The position numbers and the translations under genes were made by a program. The notes beneath the pieces are model-generated. The model did no database searches. It was not told the origin of the DNA and worked only from the letters and a program-made list of their open reading frames with translations. A stretch of 64,000 nt of DNA. Source: Longimicrobiales bacterium. Its GTDB lineage: Bacteria; Gemmatimonadota; Gemmatimonadetes; Longimicrobiales; Gaopeijiaceae. Below are positions 50,461 through 59,906 of the stretch, one piece after another. The DNA lies in assembly GCA_965219445.1 (NCBI GenBank), contig CBDCNQ010000002.1, positions 736,001 to 800,000 on the forward strand, read 5' to 3'. Numbering within the stretch: the first letter of the stretch is position 1; every line of letters begins with the position of its first letter.

Positions 50461-51405
50461 CTATTCGACCTCCCCGGCTACAGCATCGGCCACTTCCTCT
50501 GCCTCTGCCGGCTCATCGGAAGAGCCCTCCACCTTCTCGTCCTCCGTCGGCAGCTCTGAGGGTGCAGTCCCGCCAAGTTTTTCGAGGACCTCGGGCCGAG
50601 GCACTCGCTTCCTCCGCGGAGCCGCCGCCCGATTCGGGGTCTCGGTCACCTCGCCGGTTTCAGTCGAGTACGTCGTGGCCTGGGCATCCTGCATTTTCCG
50701 CTTCTGCTCTTCCGGTACCTGCGCGCTGGCCTCTCGAACCGACTGGGCGATCGCCTGGGTGATTAGCCCAACCGAGCGGATCGCATCGTCGTTGCCGGGA
50801 ACCGGGTAGTCTACCAGATCGGGATTCGCGTTGGTGTCCGTGATAGCGATGACGGGGATGCCGAGACGGGCCGCCTCGTGAACAGCGATCTGCTCGCGCT
50901 TCACGTCGACGATGAAGACCGCCCCCGGAAGACGGGTCATGTCCTTTACGCCCGACAGATACTTGTTGAGCTTCAGCCGCTCGCGGTCCAGTAGAAGCCG
51001 CTCCTTCTTCGTATAGAACTCGAAGGCGCTCTCTTCCTGTCCCCGCTCCAACTCCTTGAGCCGGCGGATCTGCTTCCGGATGGTCTGGAAGTTTGTGAGC
51101 ATGCCACCGAGCCAACGCTCGGTAACGTAGAGGGCGCCGCAGCGGTCCGCCTCCTGCTCGATGATCGATCGGAGCTGTCGTTTGGTACACACGAACAGGA
51201 CTCGCTCGCCCGCGAGCACCGCCTCCCGCACAGCTTCCCGCGCAGCGAGAAGCCGGTCGAGCGTCTTACGCAGGTCGATGATGTGGATCCCGTTGCGTTC
51301 CGTGAAGATGAACTTCTTCATCTTCGGGTTCCAACGGCGAGTCTGGTGCCCGAAATGGACTCCAGCCTCGAGAAGATCACTCAGTCCCACCTGCTGTTCC
51401 TGCAT
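50461..51405 (-). CDS. rpsB: 30S ribosomal protein S2
   Basis: AGVHFGHQTRRWNPKM, RWLGGMLTNF, PGNDDAIRS; extended C-terminus. Confidence 0.99.
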   Translation of the reverse strand: MQEQQVGLSDLLEAGVHFGHQTRRWNPKMKKFIFTERNGIHIIDLRKTLDRLLAAREAVREAVLAGERVLFVCTKRQLRSIIEQEADRCGALYVTERWLGGMLTNFQTIRKQIRRLKELERGQEESAFEFYTKKERLLLDRERLKLNKYLSGVKDMTRLPGAVFIVDVKREQIAVHEAARLGIPVIAITDTNANPDLVDYPVPGNDDAIRSVGLITQAIAQSVREASAQVPEEQKRKMQDAQATTYSTETGEVTETPNRAAAPRRKRVPRPEVLEKLGGTAPSELPTEDEKVEGSSDEPAEAEEVADAVAGEVE

Positions 51406-51426
51406 GAATATCCTTGTCTCGGGTGC

Positions 51427-51819
51427 TTAACGCTTGGAGAATTGGAACCGTTTGCGCGCCTTGGGGCGACCCGGCTTCTTTCGTTCGACCTTCCTTGAAT
51501 CCCGGGTCAGAAATCCACCGGCGCGCATTACGGGACGTAGATCTTCGTCATGCTCTACGAGCGCCCTCGCCAGTCCCATGCGAACGGCATCCGCCTGGCC
51601 GGTCGGACCACCACCACGGACACGGACACGGACATCGAATTGTCCGTCCAGTTCCGCCGCCTGGAGCGGCTGCCAGATCCTTTGCTGGTGGGTGGGGCGG
51701 GGAAAGTAGTCCTCGAGGGGCCGGGTGTTGACCGACCACTCACCCTTGCCGGGCTGGAGGTTGACGCGGGCCACAGCAGTCTTTCGCCGGCCCACGGTCT
51801 GAATATGTGTTTTCGCCAT
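51427..51819 (-). CDS. rpsI: 30S ribosomal protein S9
   Basis: GRRKTAVARV, GGG..GQA, ERKKPG..KARKRFQFSKR. Confidence 0.99.
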   Translation of the reverse strand: MAKTHIQTVGRRKTAVARVNLQPGKGEWSVNTRPLEDYFPRPTHQQRIWQPLQAAELDGQFDVRVRVRGGGPTGQADAVRMGLARALVEHDEDLRPVMRAGGFLTRDSRKVERKKPGRPKARKRFQFSKR

Positions 51820-51842
51820 AGATTCCTGTTCAGTGCCTACTC

Positions 51843-52271
51843 TTAGACGTCGAGCTCTTGCGGCTGCTGGCCCTCGTGCGGGTGAGCCGCGCCCGCGTAT
51901 ACCTTCAATTTCTTCCTGATGTGCCGTCCCAACTTATTCTTGGGAAGCATCCCCTTGACGGCAAGTTCCACCACACGATCAGGACGCGTTTCAATCATCT
52001 TCCGAAACGGGATATGCTTCTCGTGCCCCATATAACCCGAGTGCACGAAGTACGTTTTCTGTTCGGCCTTGCGCCCCGTCAATGCCACTTTCTCAGCATT
52101 GATCACGACCACGTAATCCCCCACATCGAGGTGCGGTGTAAACATGGGCTTATGCTTACCCCGCAGGATCCCCGCAACCCGTGTGGCCAACCGGCCCAAG
52201 GTCTTGCCCTCGGCATCGACGAGCCACCAGCGGCGCTCGATATGGTCAACTTTCGGAGTGTAAGTCTTCAC
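51843..52271 (-). CDS. rplM: 50S ribosomal protein L13
   Basis: [29 protein letters not shown]. Confidence 0.99.
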   Translation of the reverse strand: MKTYTPKVDHIERRWWLVDAEGKTLGRLATRVAGILRGKHKPMFTPHLDVGDYVVVINAEKVALTGRKAEQKTYFVHSGYMGHEKHIPFRKMIETRPDRVVELAVKGMLPKNKLGRHIRKKLKVYAGAAHPHEGQQPQELDV

Positions 52272-52307
52272 GGGCCTGTCCGCACAGAGTCAAAGGTACA
52301 GCGAGAA

Positions 52308-52336
52308 ACGATAGTGGAGCCTTTTCGGGGTGTCAA
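52308..52336 (-). promoter_or_regulatory. Sigma70-type promoter of rplM operon
   Basis: TTGACA-N17-TATCGT on the minus strand, 36 nt before the GTG. Confidence 0.7.
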
Positions 52337-52444
52337 CGGAGCGAAAGGACAGTATTTTCACGGGTTTTCGACCCAAGAGAGTCCGGCGGCCCTGGTCAGG
52401 AGAATCCGGCGTCTCTGGTCTGGAGAAGTGGTCGCGGTGGCCTT

Positions 52445-53296
52445 TTAGAAGAACGTCTCCAGAAAACGAGCCCGCGACGCGTGCCGCAGACGGATCAGAG
52501 CCTTTTGCTTGATCTGCCGGACCCGCTCACGGGTGATGCCCATGAGAGCCCCGATCTCCTCTAGCGTCATGGGGTCCTGATCATCCAGGCCGAAGTACAG
52601 GCGAAGAATCTTGGCCTCCCGTTCCTTCAGGGAAGAAAGCGCTGCCTCCACGCTGTCCTTGAGGGCGTGGTCGTAGGCCTCGTCCTCGGGGCCGGGCGCG
52701 TATTGGTCCGGCAGGTAGTCGAGCAGTCGGTGGTCTTCGCCGGGCGTGATCGGAGCGTCCAGAGAGAGATGCGACTGAGAGATCGCCAGCGTGCGCTCCA
52801 CCTCCATCTGGGTGATGTCCAGCTCACCCGCAATTTCCTCGACCGTAGGCTCACGGCCCAACTCCTGGAGAAGGGCCGAACTCCGGCGTCCGATTCTATG
52901 GAGGGCGCCCGCCCGATTCAGGGGGACCCTGACGATCCGACTCTGCTCTGCGAGGGCCTGCAGAATAGCCTGCCGGATCCACCATACCGCATAGCTGATA
53001 AACTTGATGCCCTTGGTCTCGTCGAACTTATGGGCAGCGCGGATGAGGCCGAGGTTTCCCTCATTGATGAGGTCGGATAGCGGCACGCCCTGGTTCTGAT
53101 ACTTCTTCGCCACCGACACCACGAATCGGAGGTTCGAGCGGACCAGCTTGTCGAGCGCCTCCTCCTCCCCACGCTTGATACCCTTGGCAAGGCGTGCCTC
53201 TTCCGCCTTATCGATCAACGGATATTGGCTGATCTCTTTTAGATACTGATCGAGCGAACCTTCCCGGAAGGCACCTTTACGGGAAGTAAACCCCAT
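52445..53296 (-). CDS. RpoD/SigA-family sigma factor, short form lacking region 1.1
   Basis: LDQYLKEI, NLRFVVSVAKKY, DLINEGNLGL, SYAVWWIRQ, TLEEIG, TRERVRQI. Confidence 0.95.
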   Translation of the reverse strand: MGFTSRKGAFREGSLDQYLKEISQYPLIDKAEEARLAKGIKRGEEEALDKLVRSNLRFVVSVAKKYQNQGVPLSDLINEGNLGLIRAAHKFDETKGIKFISYAVWWIRQAILQALAEQSRIVRVPLNRAGALHRIGRRSSALLQELGREPTVEEIAGELDITQMEVERTLAISQSHLSLDAPITPGEDHRLLDYLPDQYAPGPEDEAYDHALKDSVEAALSSLKEREAKILRLYFGLDDQDPMTLEEIGALMGITRERVRQIKQKALIRLRHASRARFLETFF

Positions 53297-53469
53297 CTAA
53301 CCCTCTACGTGAATCATGTGTGTGATCGCGCCTCCGGCACGGTAGGGGGGGCACCCAGCCAGAACCATCATAAGGAAAGGGATCGTCGGCTCAACAGCCG
53401 AGGGAACGGGCGCTCCGGACTGCGCATTGCTACGGCGATCGCTCAAGCGCCGAAACAGCCGGTTCGTGG

Positions 53470-54270
53470 TCAGCGGATCACCTGCCCGACCCGCTCCCAC
53501 CGCACCGCCCGAAGCAACGAGACCCCTTCTTTGGCGGACAGGTCGTAGGAGAAGTAGAGCCGCCACGGCTGGCCTCGGATGGATCGCCGGTCCACGAAGC
53601 CCCAATACCGCGAGTCCTCGCTATTGTCCCGGTTGTCTCCAAGCACGAAGAAACTGCCCTCAGGGACTGAGATAGGACCCCAATTATCCCGTGACGGACG
53701 ATAGTCGTCGTCGTCCCTGGCCGAACCCCGACCGTCCTCCAACCCACCATCGCTTTCCCCGTAAAGGAGAGCGGGACCGATCCCGCCGGACAATAGATAG
53801 TTTTGCTGCCACCTCATGTCCGAATGGGTCGCGTCACCACCACGATCTTTATGACGGACATATTTCTCCTGAATCTCACGCCCGTTCAGGCGGAGCGTCT
53901 TGCCCCTCATCTCCAACGTGTCGCCGGGCACGCCCACCACCCGTTTGACGTAGTTCTTGAGCGGCTCATGGGGGGGGTGGAACACCACGACTTCGCCGCG
54001 CGTCGGCTCCCGCCATGCCGGCAGCCTCAGGCCCAGAAAAGGCACCTCGGCGCCATACACGGCCTTGTTGACGAGGAGGTAATCACCGACGAGGAGGGTC
54101 TCTTCCATCGAACCCGTGGGGATCTTGAACGCCTCGACGACGAAGGCACGCACGCCCAAGAAAAGGAGCACCGCCATGATGACCGACCGCGCGCACGCCC
54201 AGGTGAGTCGGACATAGCCCGGCGCGCCCCCCGATGTGCCTCCGTTACCCCCTAACATTCTGAGCGGCAT
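53470..54270 (-). CDS. lepB: Signal peptidase I
   Basis: IPTGSM..TL.VGD, YVKRVVG.PGD, GDNRDNSEDSRYWG; start uncertain. Confidence 0.95.
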   Translation of the reverse strand: MPLRMLGGNGGTSGGAPGYVRLTWACARSVIMAVLLFLGVRAFVVEAFKIPTGSMEETLLVGDYLLVNKAVYGAEVPFLGLRLPAWREPTRGEVVVFHPPHEPLKNYVKRVVGVPGDTLEMRGKTLRLNGREIQEKYVRHKDRGGDATHSDMRWQQNYLLSGGIGPALLYGESDGGLEDGRGSARDDDDYRPSRDNWGPISVPEGSFFVLGDNRDNSEDSRYWGFVDRRSIRGQPWRLYFSYDLSAKEGVSLLRAVRWERVGQVIR

Positions 54271-54541
54271 CCTCTAAGAAAGCGATCCATGGCCAACCAC
54301 CCGCTCGCGCGGCTCACCGCGAGGCGGGGTCGAGCACGGATACCCATTTCGGCAAACGTGGGTTCCAGGCGGAAAATGAGAAGCTTCCCCGTTCAGGGGT
54401 CCCGGTCATAGTGTTGAACAGGGGGTCGAGGTTCGCGGAAGAGAGAACGCTTCACCTGACGCGGGCGAAACCTTTCACCTGACATGGGAAGAAACATGGT
54501 GGCAAGACATTGGGCAGTCGGACGCATGGGTAGCGGATTCA

Positions 54542-55333
54542 GTGAGTAGAGTCCGGTCTCCGTTCTTGGTTCTGTTCGTGGCGATCGCCGCGGGCCTTCT
54601 GATGACTTGGCTTCAGGGTCGCTCTCCGGTGTCGGCCGCCAGCAGCGTGGACTCGGCCGCTCACCTGGCGAATTCCTGCTCGAAAGCCGAGGGGGACATG
54701 TGCGACGAAAGGGTGACCGTCCGACGCGCCGTCGATGAGGTGGTCCTCAGCTCCGCCTCGGTGTGTGTGGACATGGGATATCTCTGCGCCGATCTCGAAA
54801 CGTCGGGTTCCCAGCGAATTCTCCGCTGGCCGGAGAACACGGGCCGCCTCCGGATCCGGGTTCCCCTCCCCCCCGGAGTGGCCCCTGAGCGCGCGAGGGA
54901 TCTCCAGAGCGCCGCAGTGCGCGGAATACAGTACTGGCAGGGGCGCCCCTTCGAGCTCGTGATCGACACCCACCCCACCCCCTCGCGCGAGGCCGACATA
55001 GACATCTCTTGGGGAGAGGGTCTCTCTGGATCCCAACTCGGCCTAACGCAGGTCCGTTGGACTCTAGAAAAGGGTGAAGTCAGGTTCGAAGTTCTGGGGA
55101 TCGCACTCGCCATGTTCAGTCCGAGCATCGCGAATTTCGAACTGGCCCCGCAGCAGATTCTGCTCACGGCGGCCCATGAGATGGGGCACGCCCTCGGGCT
55201 GCCGCACAGTGATTCCGAGCGTGACGTCATGTATGCGACGAACACCGCCCGGAGCCTCTCCACCCGCGACTTTCGCACCGTCAATGCGCTCTACCGTCTG
55301 CCGAATGGAGCAGAGATAGTAAAAGAGCCCTAG
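54542..55333 (+). CDS. Matrixin-family (metzincin) metalloprotease, exported or anchored
   Basis: HEMGHALGLPH and Met-turn VMY; N-terminal hydrophobic segment; four Cys in the N-terminal part. Confidence 0.88.
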   Translation: MSRVRSPFLVLFVAIAAGLLMTWLQGRSPVSAASSVDSAAHLANSCSKAEGDMCDERVTVRRAVDEVVLSSASVCVDMGYLCADLETSGSQRILRWPENTGRLRIRVPLPPGVAPERARDLQSAAVRGIQYWQGRPFELVIDTHPTPSREADIDISWGEGLSGSQLGLTQVRWTLEKGEVRFEVLGIALAMFSPSIANFELAPQQILLTAAHEMGHALGLPHSDSERDVMYATNTARSLSTRDFRTVNALYRLPNGAEIVKEP

Positions 55334-55385
55334 GCCAGAGCACTAGAACCCTAGGCCGGATCACTAGAACCTAGGCCAGATCACT
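55324..55385. repeat. Three ~21-bp CTAG-rich tandem copies
   Basis: AGAGCCCTAGGCCAGAGCACT / AGAACCCTAGGCCGGATCACT / AGAACCTAGGCCAGATCACT. Confidence 0.9.
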
Positions 55386-56742
55386 CCTCCCGGCTGAGCC
55401 CGTACTTCTCGATCTTCTTGTACAGGTTCGACCGCGGCATATCGATCTGGCGGGCCGTCTCGCTCACATTCCAGTCGTTCACGTGAAGCTTGTGCGCGAT
55501 GAACGCCATCTCGGCGTTCTCCTTGAACTCGCTGAACGCCTCGACGTTGAGAAGAGTGGCACCGAGCGCGTCCCCGCTGGCCGTACCGGCAACCAGAGCG
55601 TCCACATCCTCCTCACGAACAGCCTCGCCCGGCGAAAGAATCAAGAGCCGTTCTACCGTATTCCTGAGTTCGCGGACGTTTCCTGGCCAATCGAGGGCCT
55701 CGAGCCGCTTCATCGCTCCGTCCTCGATCGTCTTGGGCGGTCCATGGTTCGAAAGAACGGCCTGCGAGACGAAATACGTGACCAGCGGTCGAATGTCCTC
55801 CCGCCGCTCGCGGAGTGGAGGCACGACGAGCGGAACCACATTGAGCCTGTAGAAAAGATCCTCGCGAAACCGGCCTTCGGTGATCTCTTTCGACAAATCC
55901 TTGTTCGTTGCCGCGAACACCCGCACGTCCACGGTGATGGCCTTGGACCCCCCCACCCGCGTAACGACCCCCTCTTCGAGCGCCCTCAGCACCTTGGCCT
56001 GGGCATCCAAGGACATGTCGCCGACTTCATCGAGAAAGAGGGTTCCGTCTTGAGCTTGCTCGAACTTTCCCGCATGGTCGGCGACCGCCCCCGTGAAGGA
56101 ACCCTTCATGTGGCCGAACAGCTCCGACTCGATCAGCTCGGAGGGGATCGCCGCACAGTTGACCTCGATGAAGGACCCGTCGCGCCTCGACGAAGAGTGA
56201 TGGAGGGCACGGGCGACGAGCTCCTTTCCGGTACCATTCTCACCGGTGATGAGCACTCGCGCATCCGTAGGTGCCACCCTATCGATGCGCTCCATGACAT
56301 CGCGCATGGTCTGCGATGCACCCACGATCTCGTGCCGAGTGCCGACTTCGCTTCGGAGCATCTCGACACTCTCGGTGAGCCCCCGAAGTTCGAGGACGTT
56401 GCGAAGAGTCACGAGCAGCCGGCCCGTGTCCAAGGGCTTCTCGATAAAATCGAACGCCCCCTTCTGCGTTGCCTCGACGGCCGTATCGATCGTTCCGTGA
56501 CCGCTGATCATGACCACAGCCGCGTTCGCGTCGAGATTGCGGATCCGGGAAAGCACCTCGAGGCCGTCGAGACCGGACATCTTCACGTCCAGGAACGTGA
56601 CGTGTGGGCGGAAGGACTCGAAAAACTCCAGGGCTTCGGGCCCGTCTTCCGCCGTCACCACCTCATGGTCCTCGTATTCGAAAACCTGCCTCAGCGCACC
56701 GCGGATCGATTCTTCGTCATCGACGATCAGAATTCGGGGCAT
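55381..56742 (-). CDS. Sigma54-interaction response regulator (NtrC/NtrX family)
   Basis: Receiver, GENGTGKE, ESELFGH.KGSFTGA, LFLDEV, WPGNVREL, Fis-type HTH. Confidence 0.96.
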   Translation of the reverse strand: MPRILIVDDEESIRGALRQVFEYEDHEVVTAEDGPEALEFFESFRPHVTFLDVKMSGLDGLEVLSRIRNLDANAAVVMISGHGTIDTAVEATQKGAFDFIEKPLDTGRLLVTLRNVLELRGLTESVEMLRSEVGTRHEIVGASQTMRDVMERIDRVAPTDARVLITGENGTGKELVARALHHSSSRRDGSFIEVNCAAIPSELIESELFGHMKGSFTGAVADHAGKFEQAQDGTLFLDEVGDMSLDAQAKVLRALEEGVVTRVGGSKAITVDVRVFAATNKDLSKEITEGRFREDLFYRLNVVPLVVPPLRERREDIRPLVTYFVSQAVLSNHGPPKTIEDGAMKRLEALDWPGNVRELRNTVERLLILSPGEAVREEDVDALVAGTASGDALGATLLNVEAFSEFKENAEMAFIAHKLHVNDWNVSETARQIDMPRSNLYKKIEKYGLSREE

Positions 56743-56764
56743 GTCTTCACCGTGATCCGGGAGC

Positions 56765-57430
56765 TCAACCGTCCCGCACGAGGATCAGGCGGTCGCGAAG
56801 CACGTGCGCCGACCCCACCCCATTGGGCAGGGGAAACGCCAGCGCATCCTCAGGGAGCCCGTCAACGTGCCTTCGGCCCAAGGCCGTCAAGATCTTGGGG
56901 GTCATCCCGTCGGGGAGCGGCACTGGAATGAAGGAAGCGCGCACCCCGTGAACGACGAGAGCAATCCCGTCGTCGTCGAGGGGAGACAAGGCGCCTTCAA
57001 CCGCAACGGTCACCGTGTCAGGGAGGAAGCCCAGTATCCCATCGACGGTGGGCAGTCCGGGGAAGGCCTCGACCGCGATACGAGCGCTCAGTGACACGAC
57101 TCCGTCTCGGAACTCCACGACCGGATTCGAAAGGCCCCCTGGAACCATCCCGGGGGCGGAGTACCGAATCACGGCAACGACCTCTGCGTCGCTCAGACTG
57201 AGCTGGTCCCCACTTTCTCCGCGGCGAAAGCGCTCGAAGCGATCCAGAGCGGCGTCGGCCAACTCCGGAGACGGTAAGACCTCCACCGTCGCCTCCTCCT
57301 CGGCGAACCAACCCTGCACGCTTGGGAATACCGCCGGCCCCCACCTCCACCCAGCGAAGGCCGCAGCGATAAGCAGACCGAAGAGCCACGCCTTTCCCAG
57401 GCACCCCTTGAGACAGCCTGATCCGATCAC
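56765..57430 (-). CDS. Hypothetical membrane-anchored protein
   Basis: N-terminal 'KGCLGK' plus TM; fills the thpR-regulator gap in operon orientation. Confidence 0.7.
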   Translation of the reverse strand: MIGSGCLKGCLGKAWLFGLLIAAAFAGWRWGPAVFPSVQGWFAEEEATVEVLPSPELADAALDRFERFRRGESGDQLSLSDAEVVAVIRYSAPGMVPGGLSNPVVEFRDGVVSLSARIAVEAFPGLPTVDGILGFLPDTVTVAVEGALSPLDDDGIALVVHGVRASFIPVPLPDGMTPKILTALGRRHVDGLPEDALAFPLPNGVGSAHVLRDRLILVRDG

Positions 57431-57433
57431 CGC

Positions 57434-57997
57434 TCAGCCCTCGAGCGCGGTACGGTGCTGCAGGGTATACCGAGCGGCCCCACCCTTTGAAAGTTGACTC
57501 CGCATCAGATCGAGCTTCCGTACCTTTACCTGCCCCGAGTAGGTCAGGTTCGCGGCCTTGTCATCCAGACCGCGGAAGGCTCCGGCGCCGTCGTTCGCAT
57601 CGGCTCGGCCAAGTGTGAGATGCGGATGGAACGCCCTCGTTTCACGCTCGAAGCCGCAATCCATCAGGGCCCATTCGACGTCCTGCTTCAGGCACCGCAG
57701 AGCCGGACTGGGATCGATGCCGACCCAGATCACCCGAGGGCGGCGGATGGTCGGAAAGGCGCCAAAACCCTCTACCGCCAAATCGAGATGAGCCGTGGTC
57801 AGGGCCACGTGATCGAGCGCTTCTTGAACCTCCTCCATACGGTCGTCCGCGACCTCGCCGAGAAACTTCAGGGTCACGTGGAAGTGCTCCGGCTCCACCC
57901 AGCGGACGGGAAGCTCGCATTCCCGGAGGATTTTGGAAGCCCGGTAGATTCGGTCACGCTCTTTCTTGGGAAGGTTCAGTGCGACGAAGAGACGCAT
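57434..57997 (-). CDS. thpR: RNA 2',3'-cyclic phosphodiesterase
   Basis: MRLFVA, HVTLKFLG and FHPHLTLGR (two HxT motifs); ATG 57997. Confidence 0.95.
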   Translation of the reverse strand: MRLFVALNLPKKERDRIYRASKILRECELPVRWVEPEHFHVTLKFLGEVADDRMEEVQEALDHVALTTAHLDLAVEGFGAFPTIRRPRVIWVGIDPSPALRCLKQDVEWALMDCGFERETRAFHPHLTLGRADANDGAGAFRGLDDKAANLTYSGQVKVRKLDLMRSQLSKGGAARYTLQHRTALEG

Positions 57998-58105
57998 AGC
58001 CGGAACGCAGAATCCGAGGAAGAGGTCGTGCACATGGCCAAAAACTACCGGGATGGAGCGAAGCTTACAACCGGGCACGTCGCCTGGTCGCACCGCTGGA
58101 ACCGC

Positions 58106-59122
58106 TCAGAGTAATCCGCGTTCTTCCACTAACTCCCGGCGAGTTCGGACTGGGGGGCCGGCCGCAGGCTGGGGCTGGCGCTCGAGGCCCACGAGCCGCT
58201 GAGTCGGGTACGCCAACTCGATGTCCGGCTCGCTGGACACGATGTCGAGAACGCCCTCCCAGAGCGTCTCGTCGAAGGCCCTGCGCCGCCGCGGATCCGT
58301 AAGAAAACGCATCGACAAGCAGATCCCGTGGTCCAGAACCGAGGTATAGACGGTCGCCGTCACGGTCCCGTATGAAATCAACATGCGGCTCGGTCGCTTC
58401 CGCAAGAACTCGGCGGCCCTCTGGCTCATCTCCACACTCGCCTCGGTTACCATTTCCAGCAGACGCGTCTTGGCCGTACGCCAGTCGCTCTCGAACGTGA
58501 ACACCACCGGCACCTCGTGCCACAGGAACGGAAACTCCGACGTGTAGTTCGCGATCGGATCGGTCAGGATCTTCGCGTTCGGGACTCGAATCAGTCGTCC
58601 CGTACTCTGGTCGCTGTCCACCCAGTTGCCGATCTCCAAGATATGGAAATGCAGGACCGATACGTCCACCACGTCGCCAGAGTGATCACCAATCTGGATC
58701 CGGTCGCCGACCTCGAACGGGGGCTTCGTGATCAGAATCAGCCAGCCGGCGATGTCCACGAGCACATCCTTCAGCGCGATCGCCACACCGGCGGACACCA
58801 ACCCCAAGAAGGTGCCGACCTGAGAAAGACCGTCGACCCAAATGCCGATGAGGAAAAGCGTCGCGAGTCCCGTGGTCAGGTAGGCGAGCGTCTTCCTCCA
58901 CCGGTACTGCACGACACGATTTTCCACGGTCCGGGCAATGACCTGCCGGCCAACTCTGCGGATTAGCCACGCGCCAAACAGGACACCGAACGTCAGCCCG
59001 ATTTCTCGCCACGGCAGAGCGTCGAACGCGGAAATTCCTTGTAGAAGGCCCGTTCCCTGCACGAGCGTGCTGGAGAGCACGGCCCCGGTAGGAATGACGA
59101 ACGAGAATCCCAGCGTGATCAT
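58106..59122 (-). CDS. Small-conductance mechanosensitive channel (MscS family)
   Basis: Three TMs, G..SAG.AIAL.D, PFEVGDRIQIG..GDV.D, RVPN, IELAYPT. Confidence 0.93.
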   Translation of the reverse strand: MITLGFSFVIPTGAVLSSTLVQGTGLLQGISAFDALPWREIGLTFGVLFGAWLIRRVGRQVIARTVENRVVQYRWRKTLAYLTTGLATLFLIGIWVDGLSQVGTFLGLVSAGVAIALKDVLVDIAGWLILITKPPFEVGDRIQIGDHSGDVVDVSVLHFHILEIGNWVDSDQSTGRLIRVPNAKILTDPIANYTSEFPFLWHEVPVVFTFESDWRTAKTRLLEMVTEASVEMSQRAAEFLRKRPSRMLISYGTVTATVYTSVLDHGICLSMRFLTDPRRRRAFDETLWEGVLDIVSSEPDIELAYPTQRLVGLERQPQPAAGPPVRTRRELVEERGLL

Positions 59123-59282
59123 GGCCCTTTCGATACCTGTGGCGTTTGCCGAAAAAGTGGCCGCCTGAATGACGAAACCACGTGATTGATGGCCCTGTTC
59201 AAATCACGTGATCATGGGTGGTAAACGCAAGGTTTTACCGCGCGGACAGCAATCGGACCTGCGTCGAGCGTGTGCACGTCAG

Positions 59283-59906
59283 TCAGCCCCGTGGGGCCGA
59301 TCGCCCTAGTCGCGGCAAAACGAACGTCCGTACGCCCTCCAAGGTGCTCGAGATCGGGATACTGTCCGGCAATCCGGGGATCTCCTGATCTGATTCGACG
59401 AAGGCTATGACCGGACGTTCGTACCTGACCGCGAGCCTGACTTCGCTAAGGGTTCCCGCATCTCCAGATAGAGCCACGATTACATCCGATGTAAGGACGT
59501 TGATATGGTTTCGCGACATGGGGTCCGTGCCACGTTCACCACTCAAGGGAAGATGCGTCAGGACCGGAATCTCGACCCATTGGTTCGGATACCCGTCTTT
59601 TGGGGTCGGATACCCGTCCTTGGGGGTCGGATGCTCGTCTCGGGGGGTCGGATGCCCGTCTTTGGGGGTCGGATAACGGTCCTTCGGTTTTTTCAGCGAC
59701 TCATCGCAGGGAAGAATGCCGATGACCAGCCCCTGGCGGTTGGGAGTGTCGTAGAACGACTTGCTGACGGCCGCCATTACACCGCCTCCGCCTCCGGTCA
59801 GCAGGTGAACTCCAGACTCCGCCAACCAGCGACCCAGAGCTGAGGCGCGTTCCAACTGGGGCCTGCTACCGGATCCCATGACGCCGACGATGGGCAGGCG
59901 GGTCAT
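59283..59906 (-). CDS. LOG/SLOG-family nucleotide-binding protein (Moco-carrier-like)
   Basis: GVMGSG, LLTGGGGGVMAA, IGILP, RNHINVLTSD, GTLSEV. Confidence 0.87.
   Translation of the reverse strand: MTRLPIVGVMGSGSRPQLERASALGRWLAESGVHLLTGGGGGVMAAVSKSFYDTPNRQGLVIGILPCDESLKKPKDRYPTPKDGHPTPRDEHPTPKDGYPTPKDGYPNQWVEIPVLTHLPLSGERGTDPMSRNHINVLTSDVIVALSGDAGTLSEVRLAVRYERPVIAFVESDQEIPGLPDSIPISSTLEGVRTFVLPRLGRSAPRG
59586..59690. repeat. Five 21-bp in-frame tandem copies inside the LOG-family gene
   Basis: Units at 59586, 59607, 59628, 59649, 59670; protein PKDRYPT PKDGHPT PRDEHPT PKDGYPT PKDGYPN. Confidence 0.95.

Noticed and set aside
56085..56110. GSFTGA instead of GAFTGA in the enhancer-binding protein
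   Set aside because: Common natural variant of the motif
55483..56931. 482-aa plus-strand ORF
   Set aside because: Antisense shadow of the NtrC-type regulator
59586..59690. Repeats as a CRISPR array (also 55324-55385 and 24391-24510)
   Set aside because: Units are contiguous with no unique spacers and no cas genes are present
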